Virus record (IMG/VR): IMGVR_UViG_3300045999_010097
Span: 1-63,643 of that record
Length of the DNA stretch: 63,643 nt
Source of the DNA: a virus
Taxonomy: Duplodnaviria; Caudoviricetes
Strand: one strand, 5' to 3'
Shown: one piece after another, positions 45,511 through 55,877 of the stretch
Layout of the letters: every line of letters starts with the position of its first letter
Position numbering within the stretch: position 1 is the stretch's first letter
Made by a program: the position numbers and the translations under genes
The notes under the pieces: generated by a model
What the model was told of the DNA's origin: nothing
The model's input: the letters and a program-made list of their open reading frames with translations, nothing else
Database searches by the model: none

Positions 45511-45992
45511 CTTGGACATATATCCCTCAGTTGTTGACGTCGACGGCGACCGTTGCATCTCTAATGAAGGTGCGCTTAGTCATTGGCGACACGGATAGCA
45601 CTCGTCCGCAGCTTCAAGATGAAGAGATCTATTTTGTCCTTTCCGCGCAATCTATCATCAATTACGCCGCAGCGGATTGTGCGGACCTGCTTTCGGCTAA
45701 GTACGCCTTTCAGGTGAACACCGAAAACTCCTTGCTTCGGATTTCAGCCGCGGCACGGCATAAGCATTATGCAGATCTAGCCAAACGGCTTCGATCTGCC
45801 GGGCCTGGTGTTACTCCTGGTGGTGAAGGAGCAGGGTCGGTTCTGGCCACCGGATATGCCGGGGGCATCTCTGACACGGCAAATCAATCTCTCAGAGACG
45901 ATGCAGATAACATCCTGGCGCCAGCTTCCGTGGGACAGGATGACTTCCCCGACGTTCAGGACAATCCGGCCGATTATTTCGGCGAGGGCTGA
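45507..45992 (+). CDS. Head-tail connector/adaptor
   Basis: KVRLVIGDTD...LQDEEI..L signature. Confidence 0.75.
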   Translation: MTWTYIPQLLTSTATVASLMKVRLVIGDTDSTRPQLQDEEIYFVLSAQSIINYAAADCADLLSAKYAFQVNTENSLLRISAAARHKHYADLAKRLRSAGPGVTPGGEGAGSVLATGYAGGISDTANQSLRDDADNILAPASVGQDDFPDVQDNPADYFGEG

Positions 45993-45995
45993 TTC

Positions 45996-46331
45996 ATGGA
46001 CCATGTGCTGAAGGCGCAACTGAATCACGTCATCGGCTACGCGAGCGCAGCCTCATTGGATTTTTCTGGGCAAGTACAGGTTGGATCTCTAGCTACTTGT
46101 TGGGGGCGGTTCGAGCCCTATTATCGTGAGATTCCCGTGGGGTCTGATTCGATCGATGAACGCACTCGCCACATGCTCATTTTGGACGAGAGTTTTCCGC
46201 TTCCGGAAGCTGCGACACGCAGCGCGTGGTTTTACTTACCGGGTCTTCCGGATCAGCCTCGGCGACCTAAAAACGTACAATACTGCTATGATGAAAATGC
46301 CAATCTCTACCATATTGAGATTACCCTATGA
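45996..46331 (+). CDS. Head closure protein
   Basis: Position and size. Confidence 0.55.
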   Translation: MDHVLKAQLNHVIGYASAASLDFSGQVQVGSLATCWGRFEPYYREIPVGSDSIDERTRHMLILDESFPLPEAATRSAWFYLPGLPDQPRRPKNVQYCYDENANLYHIEITL

Positions 46332-46786
46332 GCAAGCATTTCATCATAAAAGGAGCAGACGAGATTATCAGCCGTTTTCGGAGATATCCTAAGGATTTCC
46401 TGGACGCCGCGGCAGTAGGGGAATACAACGCCGCTCAAGATGTCATGGCTCTATCTAAAACGCGAGCCCCCTATGAGCACGGGGATTTGGAAAAAGCCGC
46501 CTTTGTGGAGGTGCCTAAGTTCACAACCCATTCCGTGCTCGTCGAAATCGGCTATTCGGGCATTCCATATATCGCCCGACAGCACGAAGATCTTTCTTAC
46601 AATCACCCCGGATTGGGTAGCAAGACCTCAAACCCAGGCCGAGCGAGCCAAGGGCAAGCTAAATTTCTCGAAACGGCTGTACGAGACAGGCTCAAAGAAA
46701 GCCGCCAAATCGTTGCCGCAGCAATCAATTATTTCATTCGTACCGGTAAGTTGCCCGCCATGAAAGGTAGCATCAAAGGCCGATGA
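46328..46786 (+). CDS. Tail completion protein (HK97 gp10-like)
   Basis: AP...G.L, PY..RQHE, GQAKFLE. Confidence 0.75.
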   Translation: MSKHFIIKGADEIISRFRRYPKDFLDAAAVGEYNAAQDVMALSKTRAPYEHGDLEKAAFVEVPKFTTHSVLVEIGYSGIPYIARQHEDLSYNHPGLGSKTSNPGRASQGQAKFLETAVRDRLKESRQIVAAAINYFIRTGKLPAMKGSIKGR

Positions 46787-47217
46787 GCGTTGAACTCGAC
46801 GTCCGAAACTACTTGACCGGACCAGCGTTTAGCCGGTCGGGTTGTTCCTCGTCGTTCACGTTTGTCGGTCCCATGCGCCCCGGTAAGGCTCCTTTTCCCA
46901 TCGAAGCCGTTGTGGTTCAGGAGTACGGAGGTCCGCAGCCCAACGGCTTTTTAGACACTCGTGGGCAGACCTACCATAAAGTCGACGTACAAGTTCGCAT
47001 GCGAGGTCCGATCGGGTCCTATCTCCGCATTAAGGAGCGAGCGGACGCCGTTTGGGCCGCCTTAAATCGAGTGTCGACGGGGTCGATTTCAACAGGGTCT
47101 AGAGCCTATGTGAGAATCGAACCGCTCCAATCCGGTCCGTTGTTTATTGGCGAGGACGACCAAGAATGCCCTGAGTTCACTGTGAATGTTCGTTTGGAGC
47201 ACTACACCGGGACGTGA
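46783..47217 (+). CDS. Tail terminator protein
   Basis: VQVRMRG, QSGP.FIGED, FTVN; position. Confidence 0.7.
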   Translation: MSVELDVRNYLTGPAFSRSGCSSSFTFVGPMRPGKAPFPIEAVVVQEYGGPQPNGFLDTRGQTYHKVDVQVRMRGPIGSYLRIKERADAVWAALNRVSTGSISTGSRAYVRIEPLQSGPLFIGEDDQECPEFTVNVRLEHYTGT

Positions 47218-47254
47218 TACCATAGAAGCGTTCCTCCTACCCTAGAGGTGTACC

Positions 47255-47680
47255 TTGGCGATTGCTGGTTTTGACATGACGGTTTCCCTTGCGACCGGCG
47301 CGAGCGCAACTTACGCGGAAATGGATGGCGCGATTTCGATCAGCCTCTCGGATGGGCGAGATGCCTTGGACATCACCGACTTCCGTGACAGCAATCTGCG
47401 CCGCCGCATCATGGGTCTGCGGGATCTATCGGCGAGCATCGACGGCGACCTTGAAATCGGCGATACCGCGCTGGCCCATCTTCGGCACTGTTACACGAAT
47501 GGTTTGCCGATTATCCTGCGCCAGACTGTGGTTATCTCGGGCGCGACTCACGGCTTGGCTGCGTCAATGCTGGTCGAGTCGTTGGAGCGGTCGGCATCGG
47601 TCGACGGTAAGGTTGAGATTTCGGTCAGTCTTCAGCACGAGGGCGCCTTCGACCCGATCGTCATCGGTTCCGGCATCTGA
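47255..47680 (+). CDS. Major tail tube protein
   Basis: LDITDF...RRRIMGLRD.S.S.DG, S.SVDGKVE.SVSL. Confidence 0.75.
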   Translation: MAIAGFDMTVSLATGASATYAEMDGAISISLSDGRDALDITDFRDSNLRRRIMGLRDLSASIDGDLEIGDTALAHLRHCYTNGLPIILRQTVVISGATHGLAASMLVESLERSASVDGKVEISVSLQHEGAFDPIVIGSGI

Positions 47681-47705
47681 CGCTGGCATCTGACGAGGAG
47701 GTTCT

Positions 47706-48362
47706 ATGGCTCGCGCAGGGTTCCAATGTGCTATTCGACGTGGTGGTATTCCAACCACCATGACTGCCGAGGCCACGACTGCGTTGGCTTCGACGCAGTT
47801 TCGCGTAACGGCGGCCGCGAGGCGCTGCATCGACCCTTCTTTTCCCTGGCACATTACCGTGTCGGGGGCCACGCTAGCCTATTCGAACATCACCTCGTTC
47901 GACTTTTTGTTCGGCGAGTTTACGGTTACATCGCCGCTGGCGGCCATCCCGACCATTACTGGCACGTTTGTCCCTCTGACTACAGCCTCCGAGTTCATCA
48001 GCGAAGTCGTTGGGCATACGTTGTCAGAAACCACGGATATGCTGGATGTGACGGTTTACACGTCAACTAGCCCCTTCCGGCGCCGTATCGACGGTCTGTC
48101 GGACGCCACGCTCAGCCTGGATATGTTGCTGAACCCGGCTGACATGGCTCGGTTGGCGACGTTGCAGTTCCGAGGCGATGACGTGTTTGTTGAGGTCAAC
48201 AGCGGATACAGCCCTCTGTTCCGTGGAGTTGGTAAAGTCACCTCAATCGAACGTTCGGGGTCGGTGGACGGTCTTGTGGAAGCGTCCGTTGAGTGGGTAC
48301 TGTCGGCGTCACGAGACGACCGCACGGGGCGCATCGCAGGGTATTCAGAGCGAAATCTGTGA
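47706..48362 (+). CDS. Second tail-tube-like paralog with N-terminal extension
   Basis: LDVTVY...RRRIDGLSD.T.S.D, ERSGSVDGLVEASV aligns with the previous gene. Confidence 0.7.
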   Translation: MARAGFQCAIRRGGIPTTMTAEATTALASTQFRVTAAARRCIDPSFPWHITVSGATLAYSNITSFDFLFGEFTVTSPLAAIPTITGTFVPLTTASEFISEVVGHTLSETTDMLDVTVYTSTSPFRRRIDGLSDATLSLDMLLNPADMARLATLQFRGDDVFVEVNSGYSPLFRGVGKVTSIERSGSVDGLVEASVEWVLSASRDDRTGRIAGYSERNL

Positions 48363-48374
48363 TAACCTTGCGAC

Positions 48375-48734
48375 ATGTCAAACACCAAAGCCCTTCGTCA
48401 ACGTCTACTCGATCAGTCTGCTAAAGCCATTCGGCGCTCCATCGTTGAGATCCTCGACGGTGAGGAACGGATCGCCGTCGAAGTCCGCAGCCCTACGCTC
48501 GCACAGGCATCGTTGTTTGCCAAGGCAAGCGAAGCTGACGCGGGAGCCCAGGCTAAAATGATGGCGCAAATCGTCATCCAATGCGCCCACGACCCCGCCA
48601 GCGGCGCGCCCATCTTCGACGTTGCCGACGAAGCTGTTCTCTTGGAACTGCCTGCTCAGGGCAGCTTCATCGACCCCATCGTGACCGCCCTAACGGCTCT
48701 GATGGGTGAGGCGAAGAACGCCGCAAAAAACTGA
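48375..48734 (+). CDS. Tail assembly chaperone (gpG-like)
   Basis: Position before the tape measure; ends in slippery A-AAA-AAC. Confidence 0.8.
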   Translation: MSNTKALRQRLLDQSAKAIRRSIVEILDGEERIAVEVRSPTLAQASLFAKASEADAGAQAKMMAQIVIQCAHDPASGAPIFDVADEAVLLELPAQGSFIDPIVTALTALMGEAKNAAKN

Positions 48735-48910
48735 AAGGCGACAAGGAGTTACAAAGTCAACTCCTTGTCGCTGAACACATCGGCGTCACCCTAGACGTGG
48801 TACGATCCATGTCTGTGGAAGAGTTTTTTCTTTGGCTCGAATGGCTGAAGATTAAGAACAAAAAGGAATCGGACGCCATGTCGCGCCGCGACCGTCGATC
48901 TATGAGGTGA
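48725..48910 (+). other. -1 programmed frameshift extension (gpGT-like)
   Basis: A AAA AAC at 48725-48731, 13-bp hairpin GCGACAAGGAGTT/AACTCCTTGTCGC at 48738-48771, -1 frame open to TGA 48910 (LKGDKELQSQLLVAEHIGVTLDVVRSMSVEEFFLWLEW...). Confidence 0.8.
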
Positions 48911-48914
48911 TTTT

Positions 48915-51455
48915 GTGGCTACGAATACTGACCAGATTATCACTCAACTCGTAGCCGACACCAAAAAGTTCGACGGGGCCATGAACGGCTCCATTCAGGT
49001 CTTGAAGCGGTTCAATAAAGCAGGAGAAGAGATTGGGTCTCGTGTGCGTGTAGTTACACGCCACATGACGGACGCATCAAAAGAAACTGATGGGTTTCGC
49101 GTAACGATGACTCGCCTTTCGCGAGACATCAAAGTAGCCGGAACCATCTTCAACACACTCGAAGCGGGCATCAAAAAAGCCTACTCAGCGGCTTCGGAAG
49201 GGGCCAAGATCATGGCTGCCGAGCAGTTCTTCAAGAACGCCGGTAAGTCCATCGCTGAATATCGTAAGGCAACGAACGGCATGGTATCGGATGCCGAACT
49301 CATGAAGAAGGCCAACTTGGCCGACTCGATGGGCATCGACGAAAAGACCTTTAAAAAGTTGGTAATGGTAGCCGAGGCGAGCGCTCTAAAGACAGGGCAA
49401 TCCTTCGACTACATGTTCAATTCGATCATTGTCGGTACTGCGCGTTCATCTAGGTTGTTGCTTGATAACTTGGGTATCATTGTCTCAGTTGGTCAAGCCA
49501 ATGAGTCCTATGCAAAAAGTATCGGCAAGACGGTCGAACAACTAACAGACCAAGAAAAGCAACTCGCCTTCGTCGCGGAGGTTGCTCGCAAATCTCAAGG
49601 CACTCTGGACGAATACGCAAAGACAACTGACCGCACAGCCGAATCGTTCGCTCGATTTGACGCAAGCGTGGATAACCTAGCAAATACTATAAAGGTGTCC
49701 TTGGCAAAAGCGTTTGCGGACCTTATGCCCAGCCTTACATCTTTTGTGCAAGAACTGATTACTGCTATTGAACGTGGTCAATGGGCAGATGTAGGGCGTT
49801 CTATCGGCCTACGTATCATCCAAGGCTTGAGCAGCGCTTTTGCTAAGGTAGACCCGCAAGGACTGGGAGGTACCAGTTTTTTCACAAAGGTTAGCGAAGC
49901 TGCGGGGAAACAAATCGACTTGAATAACTACGTTACTCGTATGGATATTCAGGCCGAAAAGACGAATAATCTATTAGGTCTTACCTTAGCGCAAAAAGAA
50001 ATCGAGAAGATGACCAGTGAGTCACTTCCGACATTAATTCGTCGTTTCGATACGATGAAGACTACAGGGTCAGAGGCCCTAGATAACGCTATCTCAGACC
50101 TATTGAAATACAACAAAGCGTTAGAAGATTATCTTGATCTTGCAAAATTGTTTTCTTCTCGCCCAATAAAGCCTGTTGAGATGCCCTCGAAAAGCGGAGG
50201 AGGTCGGGGCGCGGCCATTGATTCTTTTCTTCGCAAAACCGAGCGGAATGAAGCTGGTGACAGAGTAACAGAGATAGAGGACGAGGAAGAAGCCGCTGCG
50301 AAAGAACGAGAAACCGGGCTAAAGGCGGCTGAGTACGCGAGTGACCAATACAATAAAATGGCCAGTCTTGTAGAGAGCGGCCCTAAGTTTGCAGCCCCGT
50401 TCAATAGTGGTGTTGTGCAGTTCGGTAGGAACGCTGAACAATTTAACGACTATCTAAAGGATAACGCGAAGAGGCAAAAAGAAATCTTTGATGATTGGTT
50501 GTTGCGCTTCGGTCAAGTCATGGGGTCGTCTGTTGAACAAATCATGACCGGACAAGGTCTAGCAAAACCCCTCGCCACCATCGCTACGGGGGGTGACCTT
50601 GCTGGTGGGGTTATGGATATGCTTGGGTCGGCTTTGTCCGGAACTACCTTGGCCCCCATGTTGGCTACTGTGGGTGCCCCTGGCGGGCCGCTCGGTATGG
50701 CTATTGGTGCCATTGTTGGCGTGCTCCTTGATTTAGTTGATAGTCTAAAGCCGGTAATGGATTTGATTGGTGGCATTCTAAGCGGAATTACACAACTAAT
50801 CGGCAACGCCTTGTTAGAATTCTTGACTCCGTTGTCTATGCTCGCAGGACCCCTTAACGATTTGCTTGCCGCAATTGGACTTGTGGTTGGTTCTGCCCTT
50901 CGGCCTTTTGTTGCAATCTTCACGGTTGTCGTTGGTGTTGTTAGTGTCGTCGTACAAGCTTTCACATTCTTGATTACAGTGCTATCTCCATTTGTTGAGG
51001 CGTTCGTTTGGATCATCTCTATGATTCTTTCGAGCGGACTTCAATTGTTTCCCCTGTTCATGGATCTTGCGGACACAACAAAAGCTATTACAGATGCTAT
51101 GAATACAGCTATAGGCGTTATGTTGAGTGCCGCAATAGGTCTAAACAATGCCATTGTCAATTTTATGCGAAACACTTTGAAAATCAAAGGCTTCGGCAAA
51201 TATTTGAAACCTAGTGATTTCAAAGGACCGGCTGATGAAGATGAAAACAAAGACGCCCTAAACGAGAACACCAAAGCTCTTAAAGATTTCACTCGCGAAT
51301 TCCGCAATCTTCCCCAATCCTACAAGGGAGGAGGCACTATCTATGCGGCACAAGATAGGGAGCGAAGTCGTGTGATTCCTGGAATGACTCACCGTTACAA
51401 TATCGGCATAGACCCTGTGATATCTGCAAACGCAGGCATGCGTTGGAGGTCTTGA
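48915..51455 (+). CDS. Tape measure protein
   Basis: 846 aa helical, LLDNLGI motif, hydrophobic C-terminal repeats, position. Confidence 0.9.
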   Translation: MATNTDQIITQLVADTKKFDGAMNGSIQVLKRFNKAGEEIGSRVRVVTRHMTDASKETDGFRVTMTRLSRDIKVAGTIFNTLEAGIKKAYSAASEGAKIMAAEQFFKNAGKSIAEYRKATNGMVSDAELMKKANLADSMGIDEKTFKKLVMVAEASALKTGQSFDYMFNSIIVGTARSSRLLLDNLGIIVSVGQANESYAKSIGKTVEQLTDQEKQLAFVAEVARKSQGTLDEYAKTTDRTAESFARFDASVDNLANTIKVSLAKAFADLMPSLTSFVQELITAIERGQWADVGRSIGLRIIQGLSSAFAKVDPQGLGGTSFFTKVSEAAGKQIDLNNYVTRMDIQAEKTNNLLGLTLAQKEIEKMTSESLPTLIRRFDTMKTTGSEALDNAISDLLKYNKALEDYLDLAKLFSSRPIKPVEMPSKSGGGRGAAIDSFLRKTERNEAGDRVTEIEDEEEAAAKERETGLKAAEYASDQYNKMASLVESGPKFAAPFNSGVVQFGRNAEQFNDYLKDNAKRQKEIFDDWLLRFGQVMGSSVEQIMTGQGLAKPLATIATGGDLAGGVMDMLGSALSGTTLAPMLATVGAPGGPLGMAIGAIVGVLLDLVDSLKPVMDLIGGILSGITQLIGNALLEFLTPLSMLAGPLNDLLAAIGLVVGSALRPFVAIFTVVVGVVSVVVQAFTFLITVLSPFVEAFVWIISMILSSGLQLFPLFMDLADTTKAITDAMNTAIGVMLSAAIGLNNAIVNFMRNTLKIKGFGKYLKPSDFKGPADEDENKDALNENTKALKDFTREFRNLPQSYKGGGTIYAAQDRERSRVIPGMTHRYNIGIDPVISANAGMRWRS

Positions 51456-51458
51456 CCT

Positions 51459-52385
51459 ATGGCTTTCCTACGTATTGACGGTTATCCAGTCGACGTGCTA
51501 ATTGATAACTTCGATGTTGACGATGTCAGTATTGAATCGTATTCTCGTGGGGCGTTTACGGATGGACTTGAAGGGCTGACTTATTCCAAAAAGAAACGCC
51601 TTACATTCGAGACGCCTCCTTTGTCTGTCGAGGAAGCCGCCGCGCTAGAGGGTTGGGTACGGGGTGAAGGTCATCGATGGTCATTTTCACGCAGCATTAG
51701 ACCAGGTGGGCCATTACTCGGCACGACAACTGTTACCTTTAGTCGGACGTCGGCTGATTCCTCTTACACACTCACCGGGGCCTCCAATTTTGGCTCGACC
51801 GTAAGTACCTTGTGGGCGAATCAAGCCTTCTCTTTGGGGCTCGTGCCGGGCGCAACTTCAACCGTGACGGTATTGTTTGGTTCCGAAGGGAATTGGACAA
51901 TCTCCGGTTATCACATCGCCGTGTCCGGTAGTGCTGGTTGGCAGCCATTCGTGGTTAAATCCTACAACGGTGTGGTTCGGTCCTACACGAGCGGTGCGTC
52001 TGTAGCCTCCATTCCGTATTTGGCCTACACCGCAGCCAGCGGTTTTTTGTCCGCACAGGTACAAGGCGAAACTGTTACGGGAACGACCGCCACGGCACAA
52101 TACGCCGCCTTGTCTTTGGACCGCTTTGCCTGGACCGAAGAGATGATTCTATCAGCGGCGACTCCCGCTTTAGGTTTGGCCAGCACCGGCTTTGCACGCC
52201 GCCCTTTTGTCGTGGTCACGGGGGATGCACTACAGGGACGATACGTGCCGTGTAATGGAGCGAACGAGTTCGGTCCGATGGTATGCAAGGGGTACACTGA
52301 AAGTTTTTCAGCGCGGCCGGTGGTAGTCGACAATGTCTTCCGCTACAATGCTCGTGCGGTACGAGTTGTACTAGAGGAGAAGTGA
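51459..52385 (+). CDS. Distal tail (Dit-like) protein
   Basis: Position after the TMP; FETPPL...A..L..W. Confidence 0.6.
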   Translation: MAFLRIDGYPVDVLIDNFDVDDVSIESYSRGAFTDGLEGLTYSKKKRLTFETPPLSVEEAAALEGWVRGEGHRWSFSRSIRPGGPLLGTTTVTFSRTSADSSYTLTGASNFGSTVSTLWANQAFSLGLVPGATSTVTVLFGSEGNWTISGYHIAVSGSAGWQPFVVKSYNGVVRSYTSGASVASIPYLAYTAASGFLSAQVQGETVTGTTATAQYAALSLDRFAWTEEMILSAATPALGLASTGFARRPFVVVTGDALQGRYVPCNGANEFGPMVCKGYTESFSARPVVVDNVFRYNARAVRVVLEEK

Positions 52386-52388
52386 CCC

Positions 52389-55300
52389 TTGCGGACGCTA
52401 CGTAGCCCCTATCAAGGTTTCATGGCCGATCACGACATGATCGCCTATTATCCCGGCTGGGTATCGTCCACGGCTACTATTCGCAACGAAACAACCACTC
52501 TCGGGGTATTGGGTAGCAACCCTCGCCATCTGATTGCCATCAACGGCAGCACGATGCCAACGGAAGTGGGTTCGCTGTTTAACCCCGAGCGCCCTTTAGG
52601 AGGGTGGTCTTTCACGGGTAACGGGGCCGTGGCAACAGCGAGTAGCACCCCCAACGACTCAGGTTATCTCTCAAACAGTAGCGTCGGCTTTACTATTGCT
52701 TTTTGGCATAGGAACATTAGCGCGGCCACAACGGTTATTCTGGAACGGTCGGTAACCCCTGGCGGGACGGGTACGTCAGGTGTTCTTTTTCAACTCATTC
52801 GTCAGGCGGACCGCCGTTTCGCCGCTATTGTTCGAAACGGCTCAGGCGGGTTAGTTACTTTCGTAGCGACTTCACCCAACACGCAAGGTTTTTTCGGTCT
52901 TGTTATTGAAGGCTTGAGCACACCTTCCAGCACTACTAGGGCCTTTCAGTTTTACGATTCTTTTGGAAGACCCGATAACAATATTGTCTGGTCAACAGGA
53001 ATCTCCTCAGTCGCCGCAACTGCTTCATCTGCGCGCTGGGTTATTGGTGGGTCAATCGCCAATGTCTCCGGAGGCAGTTATGCAAGTTTTCCAAGTAACC
53101 TACTGAATGGTGAAATTGGCGAGATTGGCATGTGGCGTCGAGCTTTGAATAGCTCGAAGATCCGTAATCTCTATGCGGGTAGTGTCCAGCCTTGGGACGA
53201 TAATGTTCTTTTGCAATCTGAAAATTATGAGGTTCGTACTCGTGTTTTGATTGCGGACAGCAACGGTGTTTTTCAAGACCTTACTGATATTGATGGGCAG
53301 GATCTTGTTCAGTCAGTGGAGAGGACCGAATCAGTTGAGGCTCTTGGAGCGACTGCCAAAATCACCCTATTGCGTCGTGTCGGGCTGTTGGCCGACCTAT
53401 CACCACTCAATGTGGGGGGCCTCTTTCCGTATTCCACCTTGTTGGCTTTGCGCCGACGAGTCATTATTGAACGAGCTATCACACCTCCTAATTGGAACCA
53501 CACTGGTTGGGAATGGCAACCAATCTTTGAAGGATCGATTGACTCGTGGGATGTCAACAACGAAAGCGTCAGTATAAGCTGCTCGGATAACTCCGCTTCG
53601 TTGAAGGACGTATTCATCCTCGAAAATAGGTCCTACAACTATTACAACCCCAATAAGTTGATGGAGCAAGCCCAACAACAAATCATCGACGATTTTGAAC
53701 CAAAATTACGCAGCGGTCTTGTCCAACCAGTAGGTTACAAGAACATCAAAAAACCGACTGTCTTTACACCAGCCGGTACAACTTCGACGCCACTGTTTGA
53801 AAACAGCGCCCTGATGATGCGCTACAACGACGTGGCTTCAGCCCCCGTAATGGAAGCCATCACTACGTTGTCCGACCAAATTGGTTTTGGTACCGGGTTC
53901 AACTACCATGAACCGTGGGCAGAATTTCGTCTCACAACGTACTCTCCAGCTAGAACTCGGCGCCTTAGTCATGAGACCTACCAGAGACTTTCTGGCACTA
54001 CGGCTTTGATTGAGTTTCGAGAACCGCACGGGCTATCCCCAGGCGTGCCCTTAAACGTCGCAGGGTCTACTTTAGGCGCAACAGTCAATCGAAACTACAG
54101 CGTGGCTTCCGTTCTCGATTTTTATCGAGTTCATGCTGAAATTCTTCCGGTCACCGGTACGGTAATCACATCCGGCGCTAGTTTTGGGGCGTCGTCCGCG
54201 AGTATCGCTTTTACATATCATTACGAATTGCCCGCAGCTTCTATTATGGAAATGGGCAATCTTGCTTCGAATGTTTCTGAAATCAGAAACCACGCTATCG
54301 TTCGTTTCAATCGAAACGACTCGGTAGCTACTCTTTCTGTTACCAGCGTCGACGTCGATGTCAGCGGGCTCATCGGGGTACAAGTATCTTCTCCGCTGCC
54401 TAACCTGGACCCCACTAATCAAGGCATCTCCTTCTCTCTTGAGGGGGCTACGGGGGCGGCTGCGTTTCTGAACGGCTCTTATTCTGGGTACGTCAATCAA
54501 ATAGACACAACAGGGGTCTACTCTGACGTTCCTCTAACATCGTTTACGGCAGGCATATACACGACAAATTTGCCTTTTTTTGCCTGCACACATCTTACCT
54601 ACAGAGAAATCTCTTCGACGGCAACCAGTTCCTTAAACGAATTCGGCTATTTGCCGGTGGCTGTTTTTGAAGGCAGTAATCTAGCCATCAATACGGAAGC
54701 TGAAGCCGTAAGGCTGGCAAACAATCTTGTCAGTGACCTGGCTAGCCCGACAGCCAATTTCAGTGTCACTACTAAGGTAAAACCTTTTACCTTAAACGAC
54801 TGTATCAATTTTCCGGACGATACCTTACGAGGACACTGGACAGGATCGGCCACAAACGGCAGTATCACAGAAATCACAGAGATTTACGAGAGCAATAACT
54901 GTAACGCCGTCTACAATATCCGGTTGGCAAATCCGACGCGAGGTACCGGTTGGGCGAGTGCCATTGCCGTCGGTCCTGGGCGACCTGCCTTGGCAGGCAA
55001 CTACTCCCTCGACACGATGGCTCAGAGTAATAAATGGAATCTTAACGAGAATATCTCGCGGAGTGCGCGACAGTACGATTTCTTTTTCGACCCGTCCATG
55101 GCTCGTCAAGAAATGGGTCTTCGACGGGACCAGACAATAGTTTGGATGTCGCCAACACCAAATTTCATCCCTTCTCCTCTAAATAAGGTAGGTACCTTCA
55201 AGAGTGAACGGTTCAGCATTACCCACGAAGCCAACGGTCAAAGGCTGTCTGCGGGCACCCGATACTACGTGCGCTTTGGTGAGATGGATGTCTTCGGCAA

Positions 55301-55877
55301 TGTGTCTGCTATCTCCGGTTTAGGTATTGCTTCAGCCGCCACGCTGCCTTCATTCATCCCTCGTTTCGCCGATGAGACCGCTGGTTGTTTCGCTGTTAGC
55401 ACCAGTGGGGTTACTCAAACATTCGGCAGCGGTGTGCCTTGGGCCAGAGCCAGTCTCTTGAATATCGATAACGGCACGGACGCAGGAGCCCTTTCATACG
55501 ATAGATTGGGCTTGTATTCCACGGCGAGTCATTTCTTTACCGCGCCTTGCGACGGTATGTATCTATGCAATCACGCGTCTTCTTGGATTGGTGATTCGAC
55601 TAAAGTACCTGTGTCAGCCACCTGGACTATGTTGGCCGGATGGCTACACACCCGAGGAGGTGTTACTTTAGGTTTTCACGGGGTATCGGGTGTTGAAGGA
55701 ACCGGAGCCTCCGTACCTTACCGATTGACTGCCACGGCGCAAATTTCATGCTCCTCTGGTGATAGGCTTACGCTCATGTGGCGACAGCAATCAGCGACAG
55801 AGATCTTCAATATGGCTGAAGCAACAACCGGTATTCATTACGGGTATGTTTCTTATGCTTTGGGGAATCAACGATGA
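52389..55877 (+). CDS. Tail hub/central fibre protein with N-terminal LamG-like domain
   Basis: FTIAFW...IGG...LNGEIGEIGMW.RAL (LamG-like), IFEG.ID...ISCSD (hub), FN3-like GTRYYVR..D.FGN. Confidence 0.7.
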   Translation: MRTLRSPYQGFMADHDMIAYYPGWVSSTATIRNETTTLGVLGSNPRHLIAINGSTMPTEVGSLFNPERPLGGWSFTGNGAVATASSTPNDSGYLSNSSVGFTIAFWHRNISAATTVILERSVTPGGTGTSGVLFQLIRQADRRFAAIVRNGSGGLVTFVATSPNTQGFFGLVIEGLSTPSSTTRAFQFYDSFGRPDNNIVWSTGISSVAATASSARWVIGGSIANVSGGSYASFPSNLLNGEIGEIGMWRRALNSSKIRNLYAGSVQPWDDNVLLQSENYEVRTRVLIADSNGVFQDLTDIDGQDLVQSVERTESVEALGATAKITLLRRVGLLADLSPLNVGGLFPYSTLLALRRRVIIERAITPPNWNHTGWEWQPIFEGSIDSWDVNNESVSISCSDNSASLKDVFILENRSYNYYNPNKLMEQAQQQIIDDFEPKLRSGLVQPVGYKNIKKPTVFTPAGTTSTPLFENSALMMRYNDVASAPVMEAITTLSDQIGFGTGFNYHEPWAEFRLTTYSPARTRRLSHETYQRLSGTTALIEFREPHGLSPGVPLNVAGSTLGATVNRNYSVASVLDFYRVHAEILPVTGTVITSGASFGASSASIAFTYHYELPAASIMEMGNLASNVSEIRNHAIVRFNRNDSVATLSVTSVDVDVSGLIGVQVSSPLPNLDPTNQGISFSLEGATGAAAFLNGSYSGYVNQIDTTGVYSDVPLTSFTAGIYTTNLPFFACTHLTYREISSTATSSLNEFGYLPVAVFEGSNLAINTEAEAVRLANNLVSDLASPTANFSVTTKVKPFTLNDCINFPDDTLRGHWTGSATNGSITEITEIYESNNCNAVYNIRLANPTRGTGWASAIAVGPGRPALAGNYSLDTMAQSNKWNLNENISRSARQYDFFFDPSMARQEMGLRRDQTIVWMSPTPNFIPSPLNKVGTFKSERFSITHEANGQRLSAGTRYYVRFGEMDVFGNVSAISGLGIASAATLPSFIPRFADETAGCFAVSTSGVTQTFGSGVPWARASLLNIDNGTDAGALSYDRLGLYSTASHFFTAPCDGMYLCNHASSWIGDSTKVPVSATWTMLAGWLHTRGGVTLGFHGVSGVEGTGASVPYRLTATAQISCSSGDRLTLMWRQQSATEIFNMAEATTGIHYGYVSYALGNQR

